64,000 nucleotides of DNA, taken from positions 26,384 through 90,383 of the forward strand of contig CAMYKP010000012.1 of the NCBI GenBank assembly GCA_947259005.1. The letters run 5' to 3'. This document shows positions 48,083 through 58,775 of this stretch, one piece after another (the first letter of the stretch is position 1; the number at the start of each line of letters is the position of its first letter). The stretch is from an uncultured Parasphingopyxis sp. (GTDB lineage Bacteria; Pseudomonadota; Alphaproteobacteria; Sphingomonadales; Sphingomonadaceae). Position numbers and translations under genes: made by a program. The notes beneath the pieces were generated by a model, which saw nothing but the letters and a program-made list of their open reading frames with translations, made no database searches and was not told where the DNA came from.

Positions 48083-49258
48083 CTAGAAACCCTCAGGCAA
48101 TTCGACGGGGCCGACGGCTTCGCGATAGCAATGAATCGCATAACTGTCTGTCATCCCTGCGATAAAATCAGCGACATGGCGCGACCGATTCGGCTCATCG
48201 TCCGGCAAGGTTTGCTGCCAGTTTTCCGGCATCAGGGAGGGGTCGTCATGATAGGCGTCGTAGAGCCCGGCAACGACATCCCGCACCGCATCGGCCACCT
48301 CGACCTGCTTGGGATGCTCATACATATTGGCATAGAGAAAGGTCTTCAGGGACCGCTCATGCGCGGCAATTTCGGGCGAAAAGACCGCGAGCGCTCGCCC
48401 GGCGTTGCGGACATCGTCAACACTTTCCACGCCTGAATCTGCAACTGCGCGCGCCGTCTCATCGATCAGATCGTTGACCATCAGGCCGATCTGTTCGCGG
48501 ATCACTTCGGATGCAAGAAGCTCCGGCCCGGCGTTGGGAAAACGGGCGGCAGCTCGCGACCATATCCTGTCAATTCGGGGAATCTCAAGCAGGGCATCAA
48601 CTGTAAAAAGCCCCGCACGCAAGCCGTCATCGATATCATGATTGTCATAGGCGATATCGTCGGCCAGCGCCGCGGCCTGCGCCTCAAGGCTCGCATAGCT
48701 GCCGAGCTCCAGCGGGAATTCGCGGTCGACATCCTGCAGCGCCCAGGGAGGATCGGCGACCGGGCCGTTATGCTTTGCCAGCCCCTCCAATGTTTCCCAG
48801 CTCAGGTTCAAACCGGCAAACAAGGGGTAGCGATGTTCGAGCCGCGTCAGCATGCGCAGCGTTTGCGCATTATGGTCAAACCCGCCCGTACCGGACAGCG
48901 CGGCTTGAAGCGCATCCTCTCCTGCATGACCAAACGGCGGATGGCCAATATCATGGGCGAGGCACAAAGCTTCGGTCAGATCCTCGTTCAGGCCAAGCGC
49001 GCGAGCAATTGTCCGGCCGATTTGCGCGACTTCCAGACTGTGGGTCAGCCGGACCCGAAAATGATCGCCGTCGGGCGCGACAAAAACCTGCGTCTTGCCG
49101 CGCAGGCGGCGAAAGGCGACCGAATGGATGATCCTGTCGCGGTCGCGCTGAAATGCATCGCGCGGCCCCCTGACCTCGCCCGGCAGTTCATCCCGGCCTT
49201 CGTCATGAAGGCGGCCGCGCGAACGGGCGGGATCTGAAGCGAAACACGCCAGCGTCAT
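48083..49258 (-). CDS. dgt: Deoxyguanosinetriphosphate triphosphohydrolase
   Basis: FQRDRDRI.HS..FRRL..KTQVF, RLTHSLEV, HDIGHPPFGHAGE, DFIAGMTD. Confidence 0.95.
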   Translation of the reverse strand: MTLACFASDPARSRGRLHDEGRDELPGEVRGPRDAFQRDRDRIIHSVAFRRLRGKTQVFVAPDGDHFRVRLTHSLEVAQIGRTIARALGLNEDLTEALCLAHDIGHPPFGHAGEDALQAALSGTGGFDHNAQTLRMLTRLEHRYPLFAGLNLSWETLEGLAKHNGPVADPPWALQDVDREFPLELGSYASLEAQAAALADDIAYDNHDIDDGLRAGLFTVDALLEIPRIDRIWSRAAARFPNAGPELLASEVIREQIGLMVNDLIDETARAVADSGVESVDDVRNAGRALAVFSPEIAAHERSLKTFLYANMYEHPKQVEVADAVRDVVAGLYDAYHDDPSLMPENWQQTLPDDEPNRSRHVADFIAGMTDSYAIHCYREAVGPVELPEGF

Positions 49259-51414
49259 CGGGGATTGAGGCGTTCTATCTCTTGCCCATCGGCGCTGCGG
49301 TACGTTAAGCCTTCGATATCCCCTTCTTCGGCGGCAGCATTGAGAAAGGCCTGAGCCTCGGCACGGCTTGCAAAAGGCCCGACAAGCAGGCGATTGGTAG
49401 CGTTGAGCGGTGTAAACCAGCCAGTCTTGCCCTCGAATGCCTCGGGTGCGCGGCGCGAGAACTGGCGATAGGTGAAGCGCAGCGCGTCAACCTGCTGCCC
49501 AATGGCGACCTGCGCCCAGTGGCGGGCGGGATGCGAAGGCGCGGCCTGCGGCGTTTCTGCAGCGGGTGCGGACATTGTCGATCCGGCTGCCATGGCGGCT
49601 TCGGTCGGCTGGGGCGAAAGCCCTTCCCGGTATAGCCGCGCAATCGCCTGCCCTTCGGGGCTTCGCCAGCGCAGAGCCTCGATCCCGACTTCGGCCAGCG
49701 TGTTGATGAATTCCTGCGCCGCAGCGCCGCTCGCAAACGGCCCGACCAGCAACCGGTTGGTCTGGCCGAGCGGCGTGGTCCAGCCCTCCTGCCCCGCAAA
49801 AATCGCATTGGCCCGCGCATAGCGTCGATAGGTGAAACGCATGCCTTCTTCGGTTGGCCCGGTCGCGAGTTGCACCCAATTGCGGGCCGGTTCGGCCTGC
49901 GCTGCCGGCTGTGCCGGTTCAGACTGCGCTGCGACCGGAGCCAGGACAGGGGCTGGCGGTGGCGGTGGCGGTGGCGGTGGCGGTGGCGGTGGCGGTGGCG
50001 GTGGCGGTGGCGGACCGGGCGTTATCGCGGCAAGTGCTGCTGGCAAGAGTGATTCTGGTGCCGGGCCCTGCGCCTGCTGCGCATCGGCAAGCTGTTCGCG
50101 TGCAGCACGTCGCCGCAGATCCGCCTCGAGATCGGCGAGAGAGAAGCTGCTCGGCGTTACCGGCAAGTCCTCAGTTTCGCTCGCCGCAACCGCGGCGGTC
50201 TCCACAGGTAGCGGCGGCTGGGAAAAGCCGGGACGAGGACCCTGGATTCCCGGCTCGGCGGGTACAGCCTGTTCCACAACGACCGGCAGTGACGGAGGCG
50301 GCGGTGGCGGAGGGGGCGGTGGAGGAGGAGGAGGAGGTGGTGGTGGTGGTGGTGGTGGCGCCACGGCTGCCTGCGCAACTTGGACCGGTTCGGTGCGGCC
50401 GGGGCGACGCCTTGCCTGGGTTTCACGTGCGGCTAGCCTGCGGGCAACCGCCTCGCGACGTTCGCGGCGGCGTTGTTCGCGGGTCGTCTCACGACGAATT
50501 TCAGCCTGCGTACGTGCACCCAGCGCGTCGCCCTGCGGGACCAGCCCCGCACCGGGCGTTCCGGCCGCCGCCAGCTCCGGAAAATCGCTCAGCGCATAGC
50601 GCGGGCCATCACCGCTGGCCGGGAAATTCCCGAAATGGACAGCTTGCGCCTTGCCCGCATTGCTCAGGCTGGACAGTCGGCCGAGATAGGGCGTCAGAAT
50701 TTCCAGTTCCCGGCGCGGCATCGCAACGGCCGCCGCTTCGACCGCGTCGCGCACGTCATTGCCGGTCAAGCCGATCACAAAGGCACGGGTTCGCCATGCC
50801 GTCATATCCTGTGCACGCAAGAGAGGATCCAGCGTCTGAAGCGCACCCTCCCGGTCACCCGAGATCGCCTGGCTGATCGCCAGTCGTTTCAGAAGTTCGG
50901 GCGTTGAACGTTGGGCGATGGCCAGCCGGTAATCGGCCTGGGCCAGTTCCGGCTGACCAAGCAGGTCATAGGCGAACCCGCGGTCGGCCGCATAATCGGA
51001 AAGCCGAACGCCAAGCCGCTCTGCCTCGCGAAACTGCTGCATGGCGGCAAGCGGCCGCTCAAGGCGAACAAGCGCGCCGCCCAGACCCGCTTTCACCTGC
51101 CCGTCTCGCGGGCTCAGATCATTGGCCCGAACGAACAGGCCGAGCGCCGCATCCGCATCTCCGATTTCGAGAGCCGCACGCCCTGCACCGATCAGCGCCT
51201 GGGTATTGTTGGGGTTGTCGGCCAGCATCGTCAGATAGCGACCAAGATTCTGAGCCGGAGTCTGCCCATTCGCCCCCTGATTCATAAAGGGGAACGCTTC
51301 GCTCTGCTGTGCTTGGGCGGGCAGCGCGGTGGTAGCCAACAAGGCCATCAGGCAAAGGGTGCGGGCGCGCCGGACGGCGCGCGGCTTTGATACGGAATTT
51401 CGGTGAACCATCAC
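49255..51414 (-). CDS. Exported TPR + poly-proline + tandem SPOR domain protein
   Basis: Signal peptide (AQA), TPR-like helices, P22 and P20 tracts, two WxQxA...NRLLVGPFAS domains. Confidence 0.8.
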   Translation of the reverse strand: MMVHRNSVSKPRAVRRARTLCLMALLATTALPAQAQQSEAFPFMNQGANGQTPAQNLGRYLTMLADNPNNTQALIGAGRAALEIGDADAALGLFVRANDLSPRDGQVKAGLGGALVRLERPLAAMQQFREAERLGVRLSDYAADRGFAYDLLGQPELAQADYRLAIAQRSTPELLKRLAISQAISGDREGALQTLDPLLRAQDMTAWRTRAFVIGLTGNDVRDAVEAAAVAMPRRELEILTPYLGRLSSLSNAGKAQAVHFGNFPASGDGPRYALSDFPELAAAGTPGAGLVPQGDALGARTQAEIRRETTREQRRRERREAVARRLAARETQARRRPGRTEPVQVAQAAVAPPPPPPPPPPPPPPPPPPPPPPSLPVVVEQAVPAEPGIQGPRPGFSQPPLPVETAAVAASETEDLPVTPSSFSLADLEADLRRRAAREQLADAQQAQGPAPESLLPAALAAITPGPPPPPPPPPPPPPPPPPPPPAPVLAPVAAQSEPAQPAAQAEPARNWVQLATGPTEEGMRFTYRRYARANAIFAGQEGWTTPLGQTNRLLVGPFASGAAAQEFINTLAEVGIEALRWRSPEGQAIARLYREGLSPQPTEAAMAAGSTMSAPAAETPQAAPSHPARHWAQVAIGQQVDALRFTYRQFSRRAPEAFEGKTGWFTPLNATNRLLVGPFASRAEAQAFLNAAAEEGDIEGLTYRSADGQEIERLNPR
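49954..50013. repeat. (GGCGGT)9 hexamer microsatellite encoding P20
   Basis: Perfect copies at 49955-50008. Confidence 0.95.
50293..50358. repeat. NGG triplet tract encoding P22
   Basis: Includes (AGG)5(TGG)7. Confidence 0.9.
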
Positions 51415-51502
51415 CGGTCAATCATAGACGGCGTGTTTTCCGAACGCACGGCCTAGATTGCACCGTTACACGACAAAGCGTTGTCCTTGGGCGGCGAAGG
51501 GG

Positions 51503-51552
51503 AAAAGACCGGCATTCTCCCACACCAAAGATGGCGGAGAATGCCGGATTTT
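51503..51552 (-). terminator. Terminator after ftsZ
   Basis: 12-bp stem CCGGCATTCTCC/GGAGAATGCCGG followed by TCTTTT on the minus strand. Confidence 0.75.
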
Positions 51553-51557
51553 ATCCG

Positions 51558-53228
51558 TTACTGGTTGTTCTGGCGGTTCAGGAACTGCGGGATATCCAGC
51601 GAATCGCGATCGCCGCCGGATGCCGCTTTCTTCTCTCCGCCATCTACCTTGGCAGCGCCGCGCGCGATGTTTGACATACGCTCGAACAAGGTACCGCCAG
51701 ACCGGGCAGGCTTGGCTGCAGACGCCGCTTTGGCAGCATCCTCCTCGGCAATCCATTTGCTGGTCGCAGCCGGGGTTTCCGTTCCGGGCGTATCCGCAGA
51801 GGAGACGATGTTTCCGGCGTCGAGCAATAACTCGTCCTCATCTTCGTCCATGGCTTTGGGCGCAGCAGGTGCATCGGCGGCCATCTGGCGTGGTTCTTCG
51901 CCTGCGGCGCGAACCGTGAAGGTCGGAGCAGAACGTACGGGCGTCCGCTCGGATACCATCGGTGCGGTATCGTCGAACACCAATGTAGCCGGCCCGGCTT
52001 CGGTTTCTGCGGGTGCTTCTGCTTCAGGAGCAGCCTGCTCAGCCGTCGCCGCAATCTCATCCATATTGTTTTCAGCAGCAATCTCTTCGATCTCGGGCTC
52101 AGCCGTTTCGACGATTTCAGGCTCGTCCTTTGCGAGCGGAGCCATCTCCTCGACGGCCTCTTCGATTTCCGCCACTGCTTCGGGCTCGGCTTCCTCAGCC
52201 TTGTCCCGCGCCGACGGGAAAGTGAAAACCTTCGCAGGCAGCGGCTTTGCTTCGCCACTGGCCTCGGCCTCGATACCCGTTGCTACGACCGAGACGCGCA
52301 GCTTGCCCTCAAGTTCGTCATTGAATGCCGAGCCCCAGATGATGTTCGCATCGGGATCGACAAGCTCTTTGATGTGGTTGGCGGCTTCGTCGACTTCCAT
52401 CAGGCGCATGTCTTCGCCGCCCGTGATCGAGATGATGACGCCCTTGGCACCCTGCATCGAAACGCCGTCGAGCAGCGGGTTGGCGATGGCTTTTTCTGCG
52501 GCTTCGCGGGCACGATTGTCGCCCTCTGCTTCGCCGGTGCCCATCATGGCCTTGCCCATTTCCTCCATCACGGAGCGGACATCGGCGAAATCGAGATTGA
52601 TCAGGCCCGGCATGACCATGAGGTCGGTAATGCCGCGAACGCCCTGCTGGAGAACTTCGTCGGCCATCTTGAACGCGTCTTTGAACGTCGTGTCGGGATT
52701 GGCGATCAGGAACAGGTTCTGGTTGGGGATTACGATCAGGGTATCGACATGCTTCTGCAATTCTTCGATGCCGGAGTCCGCAGACTTGGCGCGGCGCGAT
52801 CCTTCAAAGCTGAACGGCTTGGTTACAACACCGACCGTAAGAATGCCTTTCTTGCGAGCCGCTTCGGCGATGACCGGAGCAGCACCCGTGCCCGTGCCGC
52901 CGCCCATACCAGCCGCGATGAAGCACATGTGCGAACCATCAAGCGCATCATCAATCGAGGCGAGCGTTTCTTCGGCTGCAGCGCGGCCAATTTCAGGACG
53001 CGAACCGGCACCGAGGCCTTCAGTAATCTTCGGGCCAAGCTGGATGCGGGTACCCGCATCGCTGTGATTGAGAGCCTGGGCATCCGTGTTGGCGACGATG
53101 AAATCGACGCCCTGCACATCTGCATCAATCATGTTGGCAATCGCGTTCCCGCCAGCGCCGCCAACACCGATAACGGTGATTTTCGGGCGCAATTCGCTAA
53201 CTTCGGTACGGGTAAATTCGATGCTCAT
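51558..53228 (-). CDS. ftsZ: Cell division protein FtsZ
   Basis: [22 protein letters not shown], long acidic linker, LDIPQFL tail. Confidence 0.98.
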   Translation of the reverse strand: MSIEFTRTEVSELRPKITVIGVGGAGGNAIANMIDADVQGVDFIVANTDAQALNHSDAGTRIQLGPKITEGLGAGSRPEIGRAAAEETLASIDDALDGSHMCFIAAGMGGGTGTGAAPVIAEAARKKGILTVGVVTKPFSFEGSRRAKSADSGIEELQKHVDTLIVIPNQNLFLIANPDTTFKDAFKMADEVLQQGVRGITDLMVMPGLINLDFADVRSVMEEMGKAMMGTGEAEGDNRAREAAEKAIANPLLDGVSMQGAKGVIISITGGEDMRLMEVDEAANHIKELVDPDANIIWGSAFNDELEGKLRVSVVATGIEAEASGEAKPLPAKVFTFPSARDKAEEAEPEAVAEIEEAVEEMAPLAKDEPEIVETAEPEIEEIAAENNMDEIAATAEQAAPEAEAPAETEAGPATLVFDDTAPMVSERTPVRSAPTFTVRAAGEEPRQMAADAPAAPKAMDEDEDELLLDAGNIVSSADTPGTETPAATSKWIAEEDAAKAASAAKPARSGGTLFERMSNIARGAAKVDGGEKKAASGGDRDSLDIPQFLNRQNNQ

Positions 53229-53290
53229 GACTTGGTCTCCCCTTGCGATTTCGCATCCTGATCAGAGTGTTAACAATTACTACAACATAA

Positions 53291-53334
53291 TGACTCGACG
53301 ATGCCAGTGAAAAAACTGTGCGACTCGTGGATAA
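53291..53334 (-). promoter_or_regulatory. ftsZ upstream region with two GANTC (CcrM) sites and a DnaA-box-like 9-mer
   Basis: TGACTC 53291-53296, CGACTC 53321-53326, TTATCCACG (minus) 53326-53334. Confidence 0.5.
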
Positions 53335-53349
53335 AGCTCACTTTATCGC

Positions 53350-54609
53350 TCAATACTCACTCTTGAACGCTGTCATGAATCGGCTCCACAAGCCGCTTTT
53401 CGCCGTCCGGTGCACCAACTGCGCCTGATCCTGCATGACCCGAAGGTCCACCGGGCCCTCGGCGGCAAACCGCGCGAGACCTGCAAGCGTCGCAAAAGCG
53501 GGGCCGGAATGCGCTTCCGGAAGCCCGGCGAGCGCGATCGGCCGACCCGTTCGCACCGTCCGTCCGAGCGCTCCTTGCGCAAAATCGGCGATGCCTTTCA
53601 GCTCCGCACCACCGCCGGTCAGCACGACCTGCCGACCCACCGGACCGGTAAAGCCCATCTCGTCAAGCGCCTTGCCCACTTCCGCCATCAGATCTTCGAG
53701 CCGCTCCCGGATCACGGCAATAAGCTGCGCGCGCGTGATACGCGGCGTATCGCTGTTTTCCTCGTCGGACATATGGGTGATGTCGATCATGTCATGGTTG
53801 TCGCGCGGGCTGGTGGTGGCCGACCCGTGGAAACATTTGATCCGTTCGGCCTGGGCCCGGCGCATTGCAAACTGGGTTGCGACGGCATCGGTGATGTCGG
53901 CCGCGCCGATCGGAATGGAAGTCAGCCCGACCAGCATACCGCCTGCGAAGAGCGAAACATTGGTCACCCCTGCGCCGAGTTCAACCAACGCCACGCCAAG
54001 CTCGCGCTCTTCTTCGCTGAGACAGGCATAGCCGGTGGCGACCGGGGATGCGACGATGCCCTCGACACCAAGATAGGCGCTACGGACACAATGATCGAGA
54101 TTGCGCATCGGCGACCGCTCGGTCAGCACTGCATGAATGTCCACGCCCAGCTGATCGGCGTGAAGGCCAAGCGGGTTTTTGACCCCCTCAAGACCGTCCA
54201 GCGTATACAGCGTCGGATGAGCATGGAGTATTTCCATGTCTTCGGGATCGATCGCGTTGAGCCCGGCAATATGCAGATCACGAATATGCGCGTCTTCGAT
54301 CCGGTAGCCGCCGAGATCGGCTTCGATCGTGGTGACCTTGCTGACCAGTCCGCCGGCTGAAAACCCCACCCAGGCACTGTCGATATTGATCCCGGCAATA
54401 CGCTCGGCCTGTTCGACCGCAGCGCGGATTGCCGCCTCGGTCTGTTCCATGTCGGCGATATAGCCGCGACGGATGCCCTTGCTCTCGCGCTGGCCGGTGC
54501 CCAGCACCTGCAGGTCGCTGCCTTCGGGATTGCGCACGATCATCGCGCAGATCTTGGACGACCCGATATCGAGTACGGTAATCAGATTGTCGTTGCGGCC
54601 CTGTGCCAT
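53350..54609 (-). CDS. ftsA: Cell division protein FtsA
   Basis: LDIGSSKI, ELGAGVT, VLTGGGA. Confidence 0.96.
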   Translation of the reverse strand: MAQGRNDNLITVLDIGSSKICAMIVRNPEGSDLQVLGTGQRESKGIRRGYIADMEQTEAAIRAAVEQAERIAGINIDSAWVGFSAGGLVSKVTTIEADLGGYRIEDAHIRDLHIAGLNAIDPEDMEILHAHPTLYTLDGLEGVKNPLGLHADQLGVDIHAVLTERSPMRNLDHCVRSAYLGVEGIVASPVATGYACLSEEERELGVALVELGAGVTNVSLFAGGMLVGLTSIPIGAADITDAVATQFAMRRAQAERIKCFHGSATTSPRDNHDMIDITHMSDEENSDTPRITRAQLIAVIRERLEDLMAEVGKALDEMGFTGPVGRQVVLTGGGAELKGIADFAQGALGRTVRTGRPIALAGLPEAHSGPAFATLAGLARFAAEGPVDLRVMQDQAQLVHRTAKSGLWSRFMTAFKSEY

Positions 54610-54626
54610 AGTACCCGTTCCCCTGT

Positions 54627-55550
54627 TCAGATCGTATCGGATCCATCCCCGTCATCGGTTTGTGCTGGTGCAGGTGCGCGTTCCGCCTCGCGCGCTACGC
54701 GAACGACAAAGCGATCGGGCACGCGCATATCGAAGCGGCGAAAGCCCTCGCCGAGTAAACCGTTCTGGCTGTCCATGCGTGCGAAATTCAGCAGCGCACG
54801 CCCGGCATCTTCCTCGCCCTCCGGCAGCGCCAGCGTCTCGCCCGACTGGAAGCGAAGGTCCCAGCGCCGATTGCCGACCCATGTCGCACCCGACAGCATC
54901 GGACGCAGCGCCGGCGCGCGGTTCATAAGCACTTCAAAGCTGGCAACCTGATGATTGGCCGCCGGACCGATAATCAGCGGCAAATCGGGCATGGCATCCA
55001 GCGCCACTTCCTCAAGCACTTCGCCCTCGCTATCGACGAGATAGAGTTTCTGGTCATGTTGCCAGATCGCGGTTGGTGTGCGTTCGGTAATCGAAACGAC
55101 AAGCGTATCGGGCAGACGGCGCGTGACTCGGGCCGACTGAACCCACTGAAACGCTTCGACCCGCGCGCGGATCGCGGCGATATCGACATTGGGCATCGCC
55201 ATGCTTGGCTGATCGAGCGCCACCGCATAAACGGGCAGCCGCTCCATCTGGTCGATGCCCTGGATTTCGACACGTTCGACGGTGAAGCCAAGCTTGCCGA
55301 CACCTTCGCCCAATTGCCAGGCGGCCATCTGCGGCAGGCGAAGGATCATCGCCGCGCCAAGCACGAGCGTTGCCAGCAGGGCAATCACCATCCAGCCGCC
55401 CGTGCGACGGATCGTGTCCTCCTGCATCGGCAAAACCGTGGCAAGCTGCGCGGACAGAGGCTGACGCTGCGCCTTTTTGGCAGGCTTGCGCTTAACGGTT
55501 GCGCGCTTCTTGGGCGTGGTTGTCCGGCGTGGTCTTCGGGTCTGGCTCAT
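54627..55550 (-). CDS. ftsQ: Cell division protein FtsQ
   Basis: TM, POTRA, WV.SA.V.R.LPD.L...ER.P, RRWDL, DMR. Confidence 0.92.
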   Translation of the reverse strand: MSQTRRPRRTTTPKKRATVKRKPAKKAQRQPLSAQLATVLPMQEDTIRRTGGWMVIALLATLVLGAAMILRLPQMAAWQLGEGVGKLGFTVERVEIQGIDQMERLPVYAVALDQPSMAMPNVDIAAIRARVEAFQWVQSARVTRRLPDTLVVSITERTPTAIWQHDQKLYLVDSEGEVLEEVALDAMPDLPLIIGPAANHQVASFEVLMNRAPALRPMLSGATWVGNRRWDLRFQSGETLALPEGEEDAGRALLNFARMDSQNGLLGEGFRRFDMRVPDRFVVRVAREAERAPAPAQTDDGDGSDTI

Positions 55551-56467
55551 AGTGCTTCCTCCACTATCCGCTGGACGAGCTCGGCATAGCTCAGTCCGAC
55601 ATGTTTCGCTTGTTCGGGTACGAGGCTGAACGGAGTCATCCCCGGCTGGGTGTTGACCTCCAGCAGGTACAGTCCATCCACGCCCTTGCTGTCATCCCAG
55701 CGATAATCCGAGCGGCTCGTGCCACGGCATCCGAGAAGGTGATGCGCCTTGAGCGCGATCTCCATGCAGCGCTCGGCAATCTCGCCGGGAACATCCGCCG
55801 GGCAGATATGCTCCGTCATCCCGTCGGTATATTTGGCGTCATAATCGTAAAAGCCGCTCTTCGGCACGAGTTCAGTCACTCCGAGCGCTTCGTCTCCGAT
55901 CACCGCCGTTGTCAGTTCGCGACCGCGAATGAAAGGTTCGGCCAGCAGGGTTTCGAATTCCCGCCAGGGACCGGCAGTATCGCGTCCGATCGGCGAACCG
56001 TAATTGCCCTCATCGGTGACGATCGCCACGCCAACCGAGGAGCCTTCGTTGACCGGTTTCAACACGTAAGGCCGGGGCATCGGGTCTGCGCTGTACAGGT
56101 TTTCGCTCTCGACGATGAGCCCGCCGGGCATCGGGATACCGTGCGGCATCAGCACCTGTTTCGTGAGCACCTTGTCGATCGCAATGACCGATGTCGCCAT
56201 TCCGGAATGAGTATAAGGGATCTGCATGAGATCGAGCATGCCCTGCACCGATCCATCTTCACCCGGCGTGCCATGCAGCGCGTTGAAAACGATATCGGGT
56301 TTCACGCCGTCCAGCACCAGCGCGACATTGCGGTCCATGTCGATACGCGTGACCCTATGACCCAGGCTTTCCAGCGCATCGGCCACGCCTCCGCCACTCA
56401 TCAGCGAAACCTCGCGCTCGGCAGACCAACCGCCCATCAGAACGGCGATATGAAGCTTGCCCGTCAT
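55547..56467 (-). CDS. ddl: D-alanine--D-alanine ligase
   Basis: GG.SAEREVSL.SG, LHG..GEDG, EGSSVG, EVNTQPGMT. Confidence 0.96.
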   Translation of the reverse strand: MTGKLHIAVLMGGWSAEREVSLMSGGGVADALESLGHRVTRIDMDRNVALVLDGVKPDIVFNALHGTPGEDGSVQGMLDLMQIPYTHSGMATSVIAIDKVLTKQVLMPHGIPMPGGLIVESENLYSADPMPRPYVLKPVNEGSSVGVAIVTDEGNYGSPIGRDTAGPWREFETLLAEPFIRGRELTTAVIGDEALGVTELVPKSGFYDYDAKYTDGMTEHICPADVPGEIAERCMEIALKAHHLLGCRGTSRSDYRWDDSKGVDGLYLLEVNTQPGMTPFSLVPEQAKHVGLSYAELVQRIVEEAL

Positions 56468-57372
56468 TCGGCATCTCCCACGCGTTGAATTTCCCATTCA
56501 AGCTCAATGCCCGAATGTTCGAAGACCCGGCGGCGAACTTCATCGCCCAAGGCTTCGATATCGGCAGCGGTTGCGTCGCCAATATTGAGCAGGAAATTGG
56601 TGTGTTTTTCGGAAACCTGTGCACCGCCAATCGTCAGCCCGCGGCATCCTGCGGCATCGACGAGCTGCCATGCCTTTTCGCCGGGCGGGTTTTTGAAGGT
56701 CGACCCACCGGTGCGCGAACGCAGCGGTTGGGACGCCTCACGCTCAGCGGCGATCCGGTCCATCTCCGCACCGATCGTTTCGGGGTCGCCAGGCTCGCCT
56801 TCGAACAGGGCTTCGACCACGATCGCGCCGGCCGGGACAGCGGAATGGCGATAGCTATATTCGAAACGCTCAAGCGGCCAGACTTCAACCGAGCCATCCC
56901 GCATCACCAAGGTCGCCTCGACAAGAATATCCTTCGCCTCGCGGCCATAGGCTCCGGCGTTCATGCGTACAGCGCCGCCCGTGGTGCCGGGAATGCCGCG
57001 CAGGAATTCAAGACCGGCAATACCGGCATCGCGCGCCTTGGTGGCTACGGTGATGCCCATGGCAGCCCCGCCTATGCGAACGCGATTGCCCTCTTCGATT
57101 GAGATTTCGGCGAAGCTTTTGGGCAGTCGCACAACCACGCCACGCACCCCGCCATCGCGGACGATGAGGTTGGAGCCCACGCCGACCGGCAGCACCGAGA
57201 TTGCCGGGTCGAGCTGGCTGAGAAATTGCGACAGGTCTTCTATATCGGTCGGACGCACCAGCCATTCCGCCGGACCGCCGCAACGGAACCAGATGAAATC
57301 GGCCAGGCTGCCGCCGCGCTTTACCGAGCCTTCGAGCGGCGGGACGCCGGTGCAGGTGTCCGTCATGTTCAT
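56464..57372 (-). CDS. murB: UDP-N-acetylmuramate dehydrogenase
   Basis: [30 protein letters not shown]. Confidence 0.96.
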   Translation of the reverse strand: MNMTDTCTGVPPLEGSVKRGGSLADFIWFRCGGPAEWLVRPTDIEDLSQFLSQLDPAISVLPVGVGSNLIVRDGGVRGVVVRLPKSFAEISIEEGNRVRIGGAAMGITVATKARDAGIAGLEFLRGIPGTTGGAVRMNAGAYGREAKDILVEATLVMRDGSVEVWPLERFEYSYRHSAVPAGAIVVEALFEGEPGDPETIGAEMDRIAAEREASQPLRSRTGGSTFKNPPGEKAWQLVDAAGCRGLTIGGAQVSEKHTNFLLNIGDATAADIEALGDEVRRRVFEHSGIELEWEIQRVGDAE

Positions 57373-58775
57373 GCGCGCGCCTCCGCGATTCCATCGGCCA
57401 GCCGCGCTGCCCAGCGGGTTATATCGCCCGCACCCAGGCAGATGATCATGTCGCCGCTTTCGATTTCCCCGGCCAGCATTGCCGCCAGTTCGGCCTCATC
57501 CGCAACCGCGCGCGCCGAGTGATGGCCGCGCTCCTTGAGACCGCCGACCAGCGTGGCGGCCGAAATGCCCTCGATGGGCTGTTCCCCGGCGGCATAGACG
57601 GGCGTCACGAAAACGGCATCAGCGTCGTTACAGGCGACCTCGAAATCGGCAAGCAGGTCGCGAAGTCTGGTGAATCGGTGCGGCTGGACCACAGCAAATA
57701 CGCGGCCTGCGCTGCCTTCGCGCGCAGCCGCCAGCGCCGCCTTGATCTCAACCGGATGGTGACCGTAATCGTCGATCACCGCCACGCCATCGACTTCACC
57801 GACCTTGGTGAAGCGCCGTTTCACTCCGCCGAATTCGGCAAAGCCTTTCGCGATAATCGCATCTTCAATACCGAGCTCAAGCGCCGAACCGATTGCCGCC
57901 AGTGCATTCTGGACATTGTGACGGCCGGCCATCGGGAGATAGATGCCTTCTATCCGCCTTGTGTCTCCATCCCGGTCCCGCACCGCGACATCGAACCGGT
58001 TACCGCCATTTTCCGCGACGATATTTTCAGCCCGGATATCGGCCTGCGCCGAAAATCCATAGGTCACGATGCGGCGATCGCGAACCCGCGGAATGATAGC
58101 CTGTACTTCGGGATGATCGAGGCAGAGAAGCGCCACGCCGTAAAAGGGAACATTCTCGACAAATTCTACAAAGGCATCCTTCACCGCGTCAAACGAGCCA
58201 TAATGATCGAGATGTTCGGGATCGATATTAGTAACAACGGCAATCGTGCCGTCGAGCCTCAGGAAGCTGCCGTCGCTTTCATCGGCTTCGACGACCATCC
58301 AGTCGCCTGCGCCGACCCGCGCATTCGCGCCATAGGCATTGATGATGCCGCCATTGATGACTGTCGGATCGAGCCCGCCTGCATCCAGCATGGCCGCGAC
58401 CAGCGAGGTTGTCGTCGTCTTCCCGTGCGTGCCAGCGATTGCCACAGTGGCTTTCAGCTTCATCAGTTCAGCGAGCATTTCGGCCCGGCGGACGACAGGG
58501 ATGCGGCGTTCGAGCGCGCTTTCGACTTCCGGATTGCCGCGCTGGATCGCGGTCGAGGTCACAACAACCGCTGCATCGCCCAGATTCTCCGGACTGTGTC
58601 CGACAAAGACTTTCATGCCCTTCTCGCGCAAGGATTCCACGGCAGGGCCTTCGGCAATGTCCGATCCCTGTACGACGTAACCGAGATTGTGCATCACGCG
58701 GGCGATACCCGACATGCCGATACCGCCGATGCCGATGAAATGGATGATTCCTATATCGGTTCCGAAGCCGTGCAT
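57369..58775 (-). CDS. murC: UDP-N-acetylmuramate--L-alanine ligase
   Basis: [33 protein letters not shown]. Confidence 0.97.
   Translation of the reverse strand: MHGFGTDIGIIHFIGIGGIGMSGIARVMHNLGYVVQGSDIAEGPAVESLREKGMKVFVGHSPENLGDAAVVVTSTAIQRGNPEVESALERRIPVVRRAEMLAELMKLKATVAIAGTHGKTTTTSLVAAMLDAGGLDPTVINGGIINAYGANARVGAGDWMVVEADESDGSFLRLDGTIAVVTNIDPEHLDHYGSFDAVKDAFVEFVENVPFYGVALLCLDHPEVQAIIPRVRDRRIVTYGFSAQADIRAENIVAENGGNRFDVAVRDRDGDTRRIEGIYLPMAGRHNVQNALAAIGSALELGIEDAIIAKGFAEFGGVKRRFTKVGEVDGVAVIDDYGHHPVEIKAALAAAREGSAGRVFAVVQPHRFTRLRDLLADFEVACNDADAVFVTPVYAAGEQPIEGISAATLVGGLKERGHHSARAVADEAELAAMLAGEIESGDMIICLGAGDITRWAARLADGIAEARA

Noticed and set aside
49832-50876. Poly-Gly, (VA)n and (RW)n ORFs
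   Set aside because: Alternative readings of the poly-Pro microsatellites
51600-52260. Long acidic FtsZ linker
   Set aside because: Normal for alphaproteobacterial FtsZ
51481-53067. Long antisense ORFs (this one opposite ftsZ; also 57519..58898, 42958..44433, 23500..24846, 13110..14165)
   Set aside because: Shadow frames expected from GC-rich codon bias opposite conserved genes; no motifs
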